This document shows, one piece after another, positions 10,222 through 19,388 of a stretch of DNA of 40,007 nt (position 1 is its first letter; every line of letters begins with the position of its first letter). Made by a program: the position numbers and the translations under genes. The notes under the pieces are model-generated. The model was not told where the DNA came from and did no database searches. It saw only the letters and a program-made list of their open reading frames with translations. The stretch is from positions 1 through 40,007 of the forward strand of contig JBDGSM010000001.1 in the NCBI GenBank assembly GCA_042217545.1, in the 5' to 3' direction. This DNA is from Candidatus Nanohalobium sp. (GTDB lineage: Archaea > Nanohalarchaeota > Nanosalinia > Nanosalinales > Nanosalinaceae).

Positions 10222-10686
10222 TTATTCCAGTTTAACTACTTCGTCTGCGGCGTTTCTGAGTGCTGTGGAGAACCCTGGTTCCATCCCCATGACAACTGTG
10301 TCTTTTCCATGTTCCTTGGCTTTCTGGATGACCGGAAGAAAGTCTGTATCTCTTGTAACGAGTATGATAACATCTATATTGTCGTCCATTGCTGCTTCTA
10401 TCGCGTTAACTGCCATGTATACGTCTACATCGCTTTCCTTGTCCTTTTCGCCGCCAAGGCCTAGATCGGCCTCGAAGCCCTGTGATACTATCGCCTCTAT
10501 TAGCTTGTCGGATGCGTACTGGTTCAGGAAGACTTTCCCGATCTTAATATTTCCAAATTCGGAGATCTCCTCCCGTAGATCGTCGAAATCCAGATCAAAC
10601 TGCTTCCTCACTACGTTAGGCCCGTCGACGAAAACAGCGACGCTGGGCGCCGTGCTCACTGTGTCTTTAAACTTCTCGAAAACCAT
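10222..10686 (-). CDS. NYN domain protein (TIGR00288 / LabA-DUF88-like)
   Basis: VFVDGPN, LNQYASDKLIEA, DVDVYMA, TRDTDFLP, GFSTALRNAAD motifs. Confidence 0.92.
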   Translation of the reverse strand: MVFEKFKDTVSTAPSVAVFVDGPNVVRKQFDLDFDDLREEISEFGNIKIGKVFLNQYASDKLIEAIVSQGFEADLGLGGEKDKESDVDVYMAVNAIEAAMDDNIDVIILVTRDTDFLPVIQKAKEHGKDTVVMGMEPGFSTALRNAADEVVKLE

Positions 10687-10738
10687 AAGTCTTCAACCCT
10701 ACAAAGTGATTGGCCCGTGGGCTTTATGGAACTAACCA

Positions 10739-11482
10739 TCAGGACCTGAAAATCGAACGCGCATTCCGGGCCGAGGCCTTAACTACTTCTTCCTTGCTCA
10801 CGTCTTTAAGCTCGGCGATCTTCTCCGCTGATTCATGCACGTTCACAGGACTGTTGCGTTCCCCGCGGTACAGGAAAGGCGAATCAGTCTCAAGCAGTAT
10901 ATCTTCAAGGTTCAGCGCCTTTACTATGTTCTGTACCCGTGTCGAGTAAAGTACCTGGGTCGTGACTCCTATCTTCATACCCTCCGCGACAGCTTCTTCA
11001 GCCAGCTCGGGATTTCCATTGAAAGAGTGAAGCATGACGTCAGGAAGCTCGTACTCCTTAACGGTGTTTACAGCTTTCCTCTCGGCGTCACGCGTATGCA
11101 GAACCACTGGCAGGTTAATCTCCTCCGCCAGCTCCAGCATCTCGCGAAAAACCTTCGCCTGCCGCTTTCTTATATGGTTGTCAGACACGTGATGATGATC
11201 AAGGCCTATCTCGCCCACGGCTGCAGGATCTTCCTCCCTGATCTGCTCTTTGATCTCCTCTATCTCATCGAAACTGTCCGTGTATGTCGGATGAAGGCCC
11301 AGGTTCGGGACCACTAACTCAGGATTCTCATCCGCCAGCCGCAGGACTTTCCTGTTGTTTTCAAGGTTGCTGCCCGCGTCCACGATAAATTCAAGTTTCT
11401 CTCTACATACTTCAAGCACTTCTTCTCTGTCCTCGTCGTACTGCTCGAAATCCAGATGGCAGTGGGCGTCTACAGGCCTCAT
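10739..11482 (-). CDS. tatD: TatD family hydrolase/DNase
   Basis: DAHCHL, GLHP, VGEIGLD, LHTR, LHSF, LLETDSP. Confidence 0.95.
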   Translation of the reverse strand: MRPVDAHCHLDFEQYDEDREEVLEVCREKLEFIVDAGSNLENNRKVLRLADENPELVVPNLGLHPTYTDSFDEIEEIKEQIREEDPAAVGEIGLDHHHVSDNHIRKRQAKVFREMLELAEEINLPVVLHTRDAERKAVNTVKEYELPDVMLHSFNGNPELAEEAVAEGMKIGVTTQVLYSTRVQNIVKALNLEDILLETDSPFLYRGERNSPVNVHESAEKIAELKDVSKEEVVKASARNARSIFRS

Positions 11483-11596
11483 ACATAGTTCTCAGGCCTC
11501 CACGGTTAAAACTCTGAACTTTTGGTTGCGGTCGCATACATCTTTCCTTAAATAGATAAGAAGACAGAAACTCCAGCGGGGGGTAAGGGAAAAACT

Positions 11597-11716
11597 ATGC
11601 CAGAAGTCGTGAGACAGGTAGGTTTCTGCCTGGTCTGCGGAGGTAGTGTCCATTCAGATGATTCTTTCTTCGAATCGGAGGAAGGATGCTGCCACAGGAA
11701 ATGCATAGAGAGCTAG
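11597..11716 (+). CDS. 39-aa Cys/His zinc-finger microprotein
   Basis: Hand translation MPEVVRQVGFCLVCGGSVHSDDSFFESEEGCCHRKCIES*, with CxxCG and HxxC. TTAAATA box and a G-rich stretch upstream. Sits in otherwise empty space. Confidence 0.7.
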   Translation: MPEVVRQVGFCLVCGGSVHSDDSFFESEEGCCHRKCIES

Positions 11717-11745
11717 AAAGTTGGCAGGCCTTCAATCAGGATTTT

Positions 11746-12888
11746 TCAGAAAGTCCTGTGTTCTTCATCTATCATGGCCTGCGTCAGCTCGGAGATGCTG
11801 GAGAACCTGTTCTCCACTACATCTTCGACGACTTCTTCAGGGGCCTCAGTGTTTACAGAGATTTTCTGAGGCCTGTCCACTCTTTCCCCGATCTGTGAGA
11901 CTATTTTTACCTCGGCGAACTTTCCAGTGTTCTCGTATATATCTCTGGCGATTTCTTTCGCTAGCAGGTTGTATATCTTCCCGACATGTGACACCGGGTT
12001 CTTTCCTGATGCTGCTTCAAGGCTCATAGGCCTTCCGGGCGTGATCAGTCCGTTGACCCGGTTTCCTCTTCCGACTGATCCGTCGTCGCCCATCTCCGCT
12101 GAAGTACCTGTCTCCGTGATGTAGATAGAGTCTTCGCCGTCTTCGTCAGCCGTGTTCACGTGTACTTCAGGTTCAAGGCCTTCATCTTCCGCTATTTTCT
12201 CTGAGGTCTTCTTAACTTCCTGCAGAACTTCTTTGTATTCTTCTATAGAATTTATTCGGGAGGATATTACTGCTGCAGCAACGGTCAGCTTGAGCCCTCT
12301 TTCTTCTCTCACTGCCATGACTTTGACGTCTTCTCCGACTTCATGAATATGTCTTACCTGCTTCTCTGTTCTCCTTACTGTTTTCTCTGTCGGGGAGAGC
12401 GGTGCATGGCCTACGCCGAAGCTTGTGTCGTTGCTTCTTGGTTTTTCTCCCTCGAAGATGTTTTTCAGGTCGCTGGAGGTTTCTCCAATCTTTGATTCAA
12501 ATTCAATGTGTTTGGGACTGAGTACTTTGAAGTTCTCCTCTATGTATTCTTTTGCGGCGTTCCTGGCGATTCTGTCAACGTCGATCTCTTTTCCTTCGTG
12601 TTCTTTTGTAGCTCGTCCGGTCAGGAGTACGTAGATTTTTTCTTCCTGCTCGCCGCCGCCGATCTCAGGCCTTGATTCTCCGGCTACGAGCTGCACTTCA
12701 TCGGTGTTGTGGTGGAGAACTTTTCCAAATTTCTCCCGGTATTTCCTGCTGAGTGTGCGGGAGATTTTTTCCGCGATTCCGTCGCTGATGGAGTCAGGGT
12801 GTCCGAGGCCTTTTCTTTCAACGATTTCAGTTTTGCTGTTCTTTACCCGGTCTTCTGTTTTCTCTATGTTTATTCGTTCCTTGTTCAT
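11746..12888 (-). CDS. mat: Archaeal-type S-adenosylmethionine synthetase
   Basis: [69 protein letters not shown]. Confidence 0.97.
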   Translation of the reverse strand: MNKERINIEKTEDRVKNSKTEIVERKGLGHPDSISDGIAEKISRTLSRKYREKFGKVLHHNTDEVQLVAGESRPEIGGGEQEEKIYVLLTGRATKEHEGKEIDVDRIARNAAKEYIEENFKVLSPKHIEFESKIGETSSDLKNIFEGEKPRSNDTSFGVGHAPLSPTEKTVRRTEKQVRHIHEVGEDVKVMAVREERGLKLTVAAAVISSRINSIEEYKEVLQEVKKTSEKIAEDEGLEPEVHVNTADEDGEDSIYITETGTSAEMGDDGSVGRGNRVNGLITPGRPMSLEAASGKNPVSHVGKIYNLLAKEIARDIYENTGKFAEVKIVSQIGERVDRPQKISVNTEAPEEVVEDVVENRFSSISELTQAMIDEEHRTF

Positions 12889-13469
12889 CGGTGTTCCTTG
12901 TCGAGTCGGCTTCCCGTGGCGCCTTTCTGGTTCATGTACTTGGAGTCGGTTTTCTCTCCGTACGGGTTGTCGGCTTTCGATGTCATTGTCTCGAAGACGA
13001 CCTGGCAGATCCTGTCCTCAGGGTAGATGGTGATAGGTACGTTTCCCAGGTTCTGGATCTCAAGGGTTATGTTGCCCTCGAATCCGGGGTCGACAAATCC
13101 TGCGGCGGCGTGCGGAATAAGGCCTAGACGTGCATAGGAGGAGCGGCCTTCTATCCTTGCGACCATGTCGTTAGGTACATTCACTTTTTCCAGTGTAGAT
13201 CCGAGTACGAATTCGCCCGGATGTACGACCATGCCTTCTTCTGGCGTGACTTTTCTCGACTTCTTTATGTCGCTGTAGTCGTCCATCCCTTTAGTGTCAA
13301 GGGCCTTTATCCTCCTTGTCTCGAGAACTCCGAATTCGTAGCCAAGTCTCAGGTCCATGCTTGAAGGCCCGAGCTGGAGGCCGTAGTCGATTTCAGGGCC
13401 TTCCTCTACTTCGATGGCTTTCTCCTTTTCGATTATCTCTTTAAGGTCTTTGTCGGAGAGTACTGTCAT
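12885..13469 (-). CDS. dcd: dCTP deaminase
   Basis: VLSDKD, PSSMDLRLG, EGRSSYARLGL, AGFVDPGFEGNITLE, RICQ, KYMNQ. Start placed at ATG 13469. Confidence 0.95.
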   Translation of the reverse strand: MTVLSDKDLKEIIEKEKAIEVEEGPEIDYGLQLGPSSMDLRLGYEFGVLETRRIKALDTKGMDDYSDIKKSRKVTPEEGMVVHPGEFVLGSTLEKVNVPNDMVARIEGRSSYARLGLIPHAAAGFVDPGFEGNITLEIQNLGNVPITIYPEDRICQVVFETMTSKADNPYGEKTDSKYMNQKGATGSRLDKEHR

Positions 13470-13523
13470 TGTGTTGTTTAGTGCACGCAGTTCTTTTAAT
13501 GGTTGAATCCGCATTCCTGGGAT

Positions 13524-15035
13524 ATGAGGAAGGCCTTGCTGGTCATATCAGTTATCCTTCTTTTCGCTGGCTCTGCAGCCGCGAACAGGGTTTACTATGA
13601 TATGAACGTCAATCAGTCCACGGTAATGATGAACACGACAGTAAAGCTTGACTGCAAGACGGACTGCCCCAGCAAATGGAGGCTTACATGGAAAGTTCCT
13701 GAAGGGGGAAAAGTCATAGGGGTAAAAGACGATCAAGGCCCGATAAAGGACTACAAGGTCCAGAACGGAGGCCTCGTCGCCAGTTCGAACACAGATCACG
13801 AGAAAGGACCTGAGAAATTCAGGATAAGATTCAGGATAGACAGGAAGGCCGAGGAAGTTTACGGAGGCCTTCACAAACGCAATCTTAACCTGAGATCTTT
13901 CAAAGGTGCAAAAACCACGGGTACTGTGCATGTGGACAACTTTCTCTCAAGCTGGGCGGGCTACGGAGTTGATACCTCGGTAGACGGCGATAACGTTAAT
14001 TTCAGGGCTGAAGGCCCTCTCAGCCTCAGGGTGAAGTTCGGTAAAGGCGATTACAGGTCGAAGTACTACGAGTTCTTCGGTGGAAGGCCTGAGAACAGTT
14101 CTATGGCGTATGAGACTGCTGTCGGGATGACAGGTCAGCATCTTGATGTGAAGAGGCTGCCAGTTGCGATCATGCCGGATGCAGAGTTTAACAGATCTGT
14201 TTCGAAGTGGAGTTCAGGCGAGTACCGGAGCGGGAGCGCCCAGATGCGTCAGGGTCTTGGAGAGGAGTTCAGGCCTATACTGGCACATGAGACTGTTCAC
14301 GCCTTGAACGACAGGAAGCTGAACTGGGATCAGACCTCGTCATCTTACTTCGAGGAAGGTACAGCTAGCTACGTTGAGTTTCTTGTCCGGCTGAAGCTTT
14401 ACAGGCAGGGTGTTATCCACAGGCCTGTGCGTGAGCTCTTCGGCGACAGCGTGAGGTATGATCCGGATAAGACTGATAACTACTACAAGAAGCTTCCTCC
14501 AAAGGGAAGCAGTGATGTCCTCTGGGGTTACTACCAGAACGATTACGACTACATGAAGCGCTGGAATCCGTTCATGAAGCAGAGTTCGGCCAGAAGAAGA
14601 TTTGGCTACGCTTATTCGGAGCTAATGATAAGGAACTACGTCGTCAACGGCAACGGAAGCCTGAGAAAGCTCTATAAAGATATTGAAGTCAACGGCAAGA
14701 TCAAGGATCCTGAGAAGAAATGGGAGCTGTTCTCGAAGCATATGGATATGACACCATGCAAATACAGGACCAGGCAGAGGTTCGAGAAATGCATTGACAG
14801 GATAAACAATCACAGCTACAGCGTCTACACTGCCTCGCCAACCGGGAATACAAGCGATGCCTTCAGCGTGGAAAAGCTGAAGATACCTGAGAAAAAGAAG
14901 GAGAAGATCTCGCAGGGTCTTAAACTGAATCTGGGGAATGGGGCAGAGTCTACAGGCGGTTTTATGGCTGAACTGGTCCGGACACTGAACAGCTTGATCG
15001 ACAGATTGCTGAGCCTTGTCAACTCCCTGGTCTGA
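13524..15035 (+). CDS. Secreted zinc metallopeptidase-like protein (gluzincin type)
   Basis: Signal peptide MRKALLVISVILLFAGSAAA, LAHETVHAL (HExxH) with downstream FEEGTASY third-ligand motif, amphipathic C-terminal helix. Confidence 0.78.
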   Translation: MRKALLVISVILLFAGSAAANRVYYDMNVNQSTVMMNTTVKLDCKTDCPSKWRLTWKVPEGGKVIGVKDDQGPIKDYKVQNGGLVASSNTDHEKGPEKFRIRFRIDRKAEEVYGGLHKRNLNLRSFKGAKTTGTVHVDNFLSSWAGYGVDTSVDGDNVNFRAEGPLSLRVKFGKGDYRSKYYEFFGGRPENSSMAYETAVGMTGQHLDVKRLPVAIMPDAEFNRSVSKWSSGEYRSGSAQMRQGLGEEFRPILAHETVHALNDRKLNWDQTSSSYFEEGTASYVEFLVRLKLYRQGVIHRPVRELFGDSVRYDPDKTDNYYKKLPPKGSSDVLWGYYQNDYDYMKRWNPFMKQSSARRRFGYAYSELMIRNYVVNGNGSLRKLYKDIEVNGKIKDPEKKWELFSKHMDMTPCKYRTRQRFEKCIDRINNHSYSVYTASPTGNTSDAFSVEKLKIPEKKKEKISQGLKLNLGNGAESTGGFMAELVRTLNSLIDRLLSLVNSLV

Positions 15036-15081
15036 ACTACAAAGCATTCTGCATAAAAGCGGATATCCCTAATGATTTCTT

Positions 15082-15735
15082 ATGATAGGAGCGGAGGTAC
15101 TTGTCCAGCTTATCCAGCAGTACGGGGTGCTGGCTGTCGTTCTGGGAGTGGTGATCGAAGAAGTTATACTTCCGATCCCTTCGCCTGTAGTGCCTATGGC
15201 AGCAGGTTTCATGGTCGTGAAGGCCTCTACGCTTCCACAGGCGATTATCCAGATAATTTTTCTTGTTGTTATACCTGCTTCGATCGCCTCTGTAGTGAGT
15301 TCGTACTTTGTCTACGTTATAGCCTATTTCGGAGGAAAGCCAGTGCTGAAGAAATACGGAAGCTACATAGATGTCTCCTGGGAGGAAGCGCAGCAGCTTG
15401 AGGAGAAGTTTGCAGCAGGTAAACAGCATTACTACGTCGCTCTTTTCCGGGCAGTCCCTATAGTTCCACTATCACTGATCTCGGGCGCTGCAGGCCTCTT
15501 CAGGATGGACTGGAAACGTTACGGGGTCTGGAGTTTTATAGGGATGATCCCAAGAACCTTCTTCCTGGCGCTTGCAGGATGGTATATCCGGGATGGCTTC
15601 ATGATGATAGCCTCCTACCTGGACAGCATTTCCACAGTTTTCATGATACTGTCTGTAGGCCTTGTAGCGGCATTCCTGTTCTACCGTCGCTATGGAAATA
15701 TCTACAGAAAGATAATCTTCAGCGACAGGATCTAA
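15082..15735 (+). CDS. DedA / VTT family membrane protein
   Basis: EEVILPIPSPVVPMAAGF, YFGGKP, FRAVPIVP..ISGAAGLFRM, typical DedA motifs. Confidence 0.92.
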   Translation: MIGAEVLVQLIQQYGVLAVVLGVVIEEVILPIPSPVVPMAAGFMVVKASTLPQAIIQIIFLVVIPASIASVVSSYFVYVIAYFGGKPVLKKYGSYIDVSWEEAQQLEEKFAAGKQHYYVALFRAVPIVPLSLISGAAGLFRMDWKRYGVWSFIGMIPRTFFLALAGWYIRDGFMMIASYLDSISTVFMILSVGLVAAFLFYRRYGNIYRKIIFSDRI

Positions 15736-15740
15736 AGGGT

Positions 15741-16433
15741 TCAGAAACTGTCGACAGCAAGTACCGCTGCAAGTAAGGCCTCTTCACTGATACCTGCGCC
15801 GCCCTCTATCACGACTGTGTACTCATCGCCGCCACGCAAGCTGCCGTTCACAGTTGCTATAACCTCTCCGTCAGCTTCCACTTCGTAGCTCGCAGGCATG
15901 AAGGATAGAAACCTTGAAGAACTTCTGAAAAGGCCTAAAGCAGTGTTACCATACTTCACGTCGGCTATATGGCTTCCATCCATTGTTTCAAGCTTCCATA
16001 GCTCTCCAGGACCTTTGGAGCTTTCTTCCAGTCTCATGAACGGCTTTTCTTCTCCTGTATCGACAAGTCTGTAGCTTTCGCCTTCTTCAACCTGGAAAGC
16101 AGGTTTTCCCTCGCTGTTATTCATTGCAAGTAACTCCCTGTCCTCCATAGCCTCCTCCGAGGCCTTGAGCACCTCATCCCCGGAAGAATTTTCCACGCTC
16201 CAGCTGCCGTCCAGAAGGCCTTTCCTGACGGAGAAAGTTCTGTCATCCAGTTTGAATGCTGAGACCGATGTCTGAACGTTTCTACCGAATTTTTCGTCGT
16301 CTATCTGTCTGAGAACGTAGTTCACCTGATCCTCATCGTGTCCCTCGTCTATCAAAAGGTTCTTCAGGTCTTCCTTGGTGTAGCCTTCTTCAAGCGTTTC
16401 CTCGGCGTACATCCTCAGCCCGGATTCTTCCAT
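15741..16433 (-). CDS. Hypothetical protein: short N-terminal helical domain plus LURP-one/Tubby-C-like domain
   Basis: Acidic 230-aa ORF. The C-terminal beta-rich region ends in a hydrophobic helix (ALLAAVLAVD) and aligns by eye with the 17067-18083 product. Confidence 0.65.
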   Translation of the reverse strand: MEESGLRMYAEETLEEGYTKEDLKNLLIDEGHDEDQVNYVLRQIDDEKFGRNVQTSVSAFKLDDRTFSVRKGLLDGSWSVENSSGDEVLKASEEAMEDRELLAMNNSEGKPAFQVEEGESYRLVDTGEEKPFMRLEESSKGPGELWKLETMDGSHIADVKYGNTALGLFRSSSRFLSFMPASYEVEADGEVIATVNGSLRGGDEYTVVIEGGAGISEEALLAAVLAVDSF

Positions 16434-16469
16434 GTATAGGCCTTCTTTCCCGAGGTTTAAACCAGTTTT

Positions 16470-17054
16470 TCAGTACTTCGACTCTCTCTTCCTGGCTTCC
16501 TTCAGGGATCTTGAGATCTGTTCGTTCCCGTCTTCTTCAACTGCTGGATCATGGCCGCAGAACATCCGATCCACTTCAAGGCCTTCAACTTTCTCGATAG
16601 ACTCTATCAGAAGGTCTCTGTCGCCTTCATCCAGGTCCGTCCGGCCGAAACCGCCTTCGGGAAAGATCAGGTCCCCTGTGAATAGAACTTTTTCCTCTCG
16701 GTTGTAGAGGCAGATAGAATCGTCTTTATGACCGGGGGTATGGAAGACTTCGAAACTTAGGCCCCCCAGCGAAACTTTATCGCCTTCGGAGACTTTTGAG
16801 GCCCCTACAGGCAGGTTCTCAGGTTCATAGGTGTAGATTTCCGGGTTGAACTTATCCTGGATCTTCGGCAGGTTGTCGACGTGGTCGTAATGTGAATGCG
16901 TGATCACTACTTTATCCACTTTTTCCAGACTTGAGATCTGTTCCCGGCTGTCCCCGGTGCCTGCGTCGATAAGAATATCTTCTCCGTCATGTTTGAAGTG
17001 CCATACGTTGCCTGTGAAGTCTGAGGCCTTTTCCGCGAGGTTCTGTACTTTCAT
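16470..17054 (-). CDS. MBL-fold metallo-hydrolase (glyoxalase II-like)
   Basis: LIDAG, THSHYDHV, HTPGH, FTGD, GRTD, GH. Confidence 0.92.
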   Translation of the reverse strand: MKVQNLAEKASDFTGNVWHFKHDGEDILIDAGTGDSREQISSLEKVDKVVITHSHYDHVDNLPKIQDKFNPEIYTYEPENLPVGASKVSEGDKVSLGGLSFEVFHTPGHKDDSICLYNREEKVLFTGDLIFPEGGFGRTDLDEGDRDLLIESIEKVEGLEVDRMFCGHDPAVEEDGNEQISRSLKEARKRESKY

Positions 17055-17066
17055 AGCATTGTTTTT

Positions 17067-18083
17067 TTAGTTGCCTTCTAGCGCATCGATGGCCATTATG
17101 CTTGCGATCATTGATTCACGGTCGAGCTGTCCCGAGTCCTGGAGATTGAGTTTATATTCGTCCCTGATACTGAGCTGTCCTTCAAGCTCTCCTATCTGGT
17201 TGTCGTTAACGTCTGTCACCTGATATGTGTGGGGTGCCAGAATGAACGGGTTCGGTACAAAAGGTATTATGCCGCCGTAGCTTCTCAGGAACTGGAGTAC
17301 GGTGCTCTCGTTCTGTATCGTGGCCACGATGGAGTTGTCATCAGGAGTTCTGATCCTCCAGATCTGGTTCAGTAAAGTCCTCTTCCTGTCCAGGACGGCT
17401 AGTGCTTCCCCGTCATCCTCCTTTCTTACCTCGTAGTTGTGGGAGACGTTCGGGAGCCTCGCCGAGACAACACGAAATACTGGTTCTTTGTCTTCAGGCC
17501 TCATAAACGGGATATTCGTCTTCAGGCTCAGGATCTTTCCCTTCGCCTTCAGGACCTTCTCATCGTTCTTATCGAATATGCTGTAACGTGCCAAAAGAAG
17601 CTGCTGCTTTATCCGGTAATAACTATCGGTCAGATCAAGGCCTGGAATCACCTGTCCAGATCTCTGGCCGGTGAAATTCTGTTCTCCACCACTTTCGTCT
17701 GAAGCAAGGTCAAGGCCTCCAGAACCGTTATCTAGGTCTTCCTGCTGGAAACCCTGCTGTTTCTGTCGAGAGTTCTGATTCAGTCGAGCGTTCCGATCTT
17801 GCTGATCCTGCCTCTGCTGTCCTCTCTGTTGGCTTTGACTGTTTCGAGACCTTGAACCCTGTCGCTGGTTGTTTTGCTGCCTGTTCTGCTGGTTCTGACC
17901 TGTTCCCCTGGTTTGGTTGCTCCTGTTCCTGGCTTGGGTACTGTTGTTTTTGATCTGGTTGAAGGCCTGGTTTATCTTTGAATGCCTGATTCCCTGCTGT
18001 CTCAGAACCTGGCGGACTTCTTCCTCCGTGAATCCTTCTCTCAGCGAGTGCTGTATCTTCTTCCTTAGCTGTTCCTGGTTCAC
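17067..18083 (-). CDS. LURP-one/scramblase-like protein with Gln/Asn-rich linker
   Basis: GTG start, N-terminal helical domain, Q/N/R-rich disordered linker, C-terminal YRIKQ...YSIFD...SIRDEYKL...IASIMAIDA as in LURP-one-related proteins. Confidence 0.7.
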   Translation of the reverse strand: MNQEQLRKKIQHSLREGFTEEEVRQVLRQQGIRHSKINQAFNQIKNNSTQARNRSNQTRGTGQNQQNRQQNNQRQGSRSRNSQSQQRGQQRQDQQDRNARLNQNSRQKQQGFQQEDLDNGSGGLDLASDESGGEQNFTGQRSGQVIPGLDLTDSYYRIKQQLLLARYSIFDKNDEKVLKAKGKILSLKTNIPFMRPEDKEPVFRVVSARLPNVSHNYEVRKEDDGEALAVLDRKRTLLNQIWRIRTPDDNSIVATIQNESTVLQFLRSYGGIIPFVPNPFILAPHTYQVTDVNDNQIGELEGQLSIRDEYKLNLQDSGQLDRESMIASIMAIDALEGN

Positions 18084-18120
18084 AGAGAATTCTTCTGAAA
18101 ACTTTAATTTAAAACCTGTT

Positions 18121-19362
18121 TTATCTGATTCTGTAACGCAGGATGGCAGCTATTCCTCCCATGTTGAGAAGTCTCTGACCTTCTTCATGGCCTGTGCCGA
18201 TGATCTCAAGTTCAGAGCTCATCTCCTCGGCTTTCTCGCCGAATGCGTCTACAAGGTCGCTGATCTCCTCCAGATCCATTTTTTCGTTGCATTCGTCGCA
18301 TTCCACGGTGTCGCTTATCCTGGCTTCTTCCTCGAAGATCTGTTTTTCATGGCCGTTAGGACATTCATATATTGCCTCGAACAGGTCGACGTCTTCGGAG
18401 ATCAGCAGTGTTTCGACTGCGCCCATCTTCAGGGCCTTCTGAACGGGTTCTACTCCGTACTCGCTTTTTCCGTTTTCTTCTTTCAGGTTCTCGAAGAAAC
18501 TGTTGACCAGGTTCTTCTCACGGACCACCTGTGAATCCTCTATAGCGTCTTCAGCTTTCGAGACCAGCTCCTCCAGGGCTTCTTCCCCCGAGTAGTTAGT
18601 GGATTCCACCGCGACGATCTCGTCCTCAAGTTCCTGGTTGAGGTATCCTTCGTCGATCAGTTTGTCCTTTACAAAGCCGGGACCCCCTATGATTATCCCG
18701 AGCAGGTCTCCGTCACGGGCCTTGTCCAGGAACGCGCTCTGAGCCTTGTCGGCGATCTCCTGTAGAAATGTCTTCAGCATCTGTTTTCTCATCCTGGCGA
18801 AACGCTGCGCGGACTGACCTCCTGCCCTGGTCTTGCCTGGAACATTGGATTCAAGCGTGAATGCAGTTTTCACGGAGTTTCCCTGCAGGTAACCGATCGC
18901 GGCCTCGTTCTTGTCGGCGACGATCAAACCGTATACACGGTCGTCAACGATCATCTGCTTCAGAGGCTCAAGGACAAACTCCTTGTCACACCGGTAATGC
19001 CTGGACTCGATAGTCTGAGGAGGCACGACCTCCCAGATCTTGATATCGGGCCTTCCCTCCGTATCCGAAACATTGCCTGCAAAGAAGGCCACACCGTTCT
19101 CCGGTGTCTCATGCTCCTCCTGCACTTTACGGCCGATCTTTCCCAGTGCATCCTGCACGTTCGTCCGGGTATGCTTCGACTTGATGTTCTCCGCCTCGGA
19201 CTGTTCAGAAGTGACGAACTCCGAGATCTTCGACATGTCGTAACCCGCCGGGATGTACAGAGAGACAAGCTCCGTGTTCCTGCCCCGGATGTCATCCAGC
19301 TCGTTGATCAGCTTCTTCAGCTGGTACTTCGACATCTCTCCCTGATTTTCGTCTTCGCTCAT
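18121..19362 (-). CDS. prf1: Peptide chain release factor aRF1
   Basis: TELVSLYIP, NIKS, YRCD, GGQSAQRF, C-terminal Zn ribbon (CPNGH / CDEC), GGIAAILRY. Confidence 0.98.
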   Translation of the reverse strand: MSEDENQGEMSKYQLKKLINELDDIRGRNTELVSLYIPAGYDMSKISEFVTSEQSEAENIKSKHTRTNVQDALGKIGRKVQEEHETPENGVAFFAGNVSDTEGRPDIKIWEVVPPQTIESRHYRCDKEFVLEPLKQMIVDDRVYGLIVADKNEAAIGYLQGNSVKTAFTLESNVPGKTRAGGQSAQRFARMRKQMLKTFLQEIADKAQSAFLDKARDGDLLGIIIGGPGFVKDKLIDEGYLNQELEDEIVAVESTNYSGEEALEELVSKAEDAIEDSQVVREKNLVNSFFENLKEENGKSEYGVEPVQKALKMGAVETLLISEDVDLFEAIYECPNGHEKQIFEEEARISDTVECDECNEKMDLEEISDLVDAFGEKAEEMSSELEIIGTGHEEGQRLLNMGGIAAILRYRIR

Positions 19363-19388
19363 AAATAGAAAGAGGAGAAGAAATTCTT

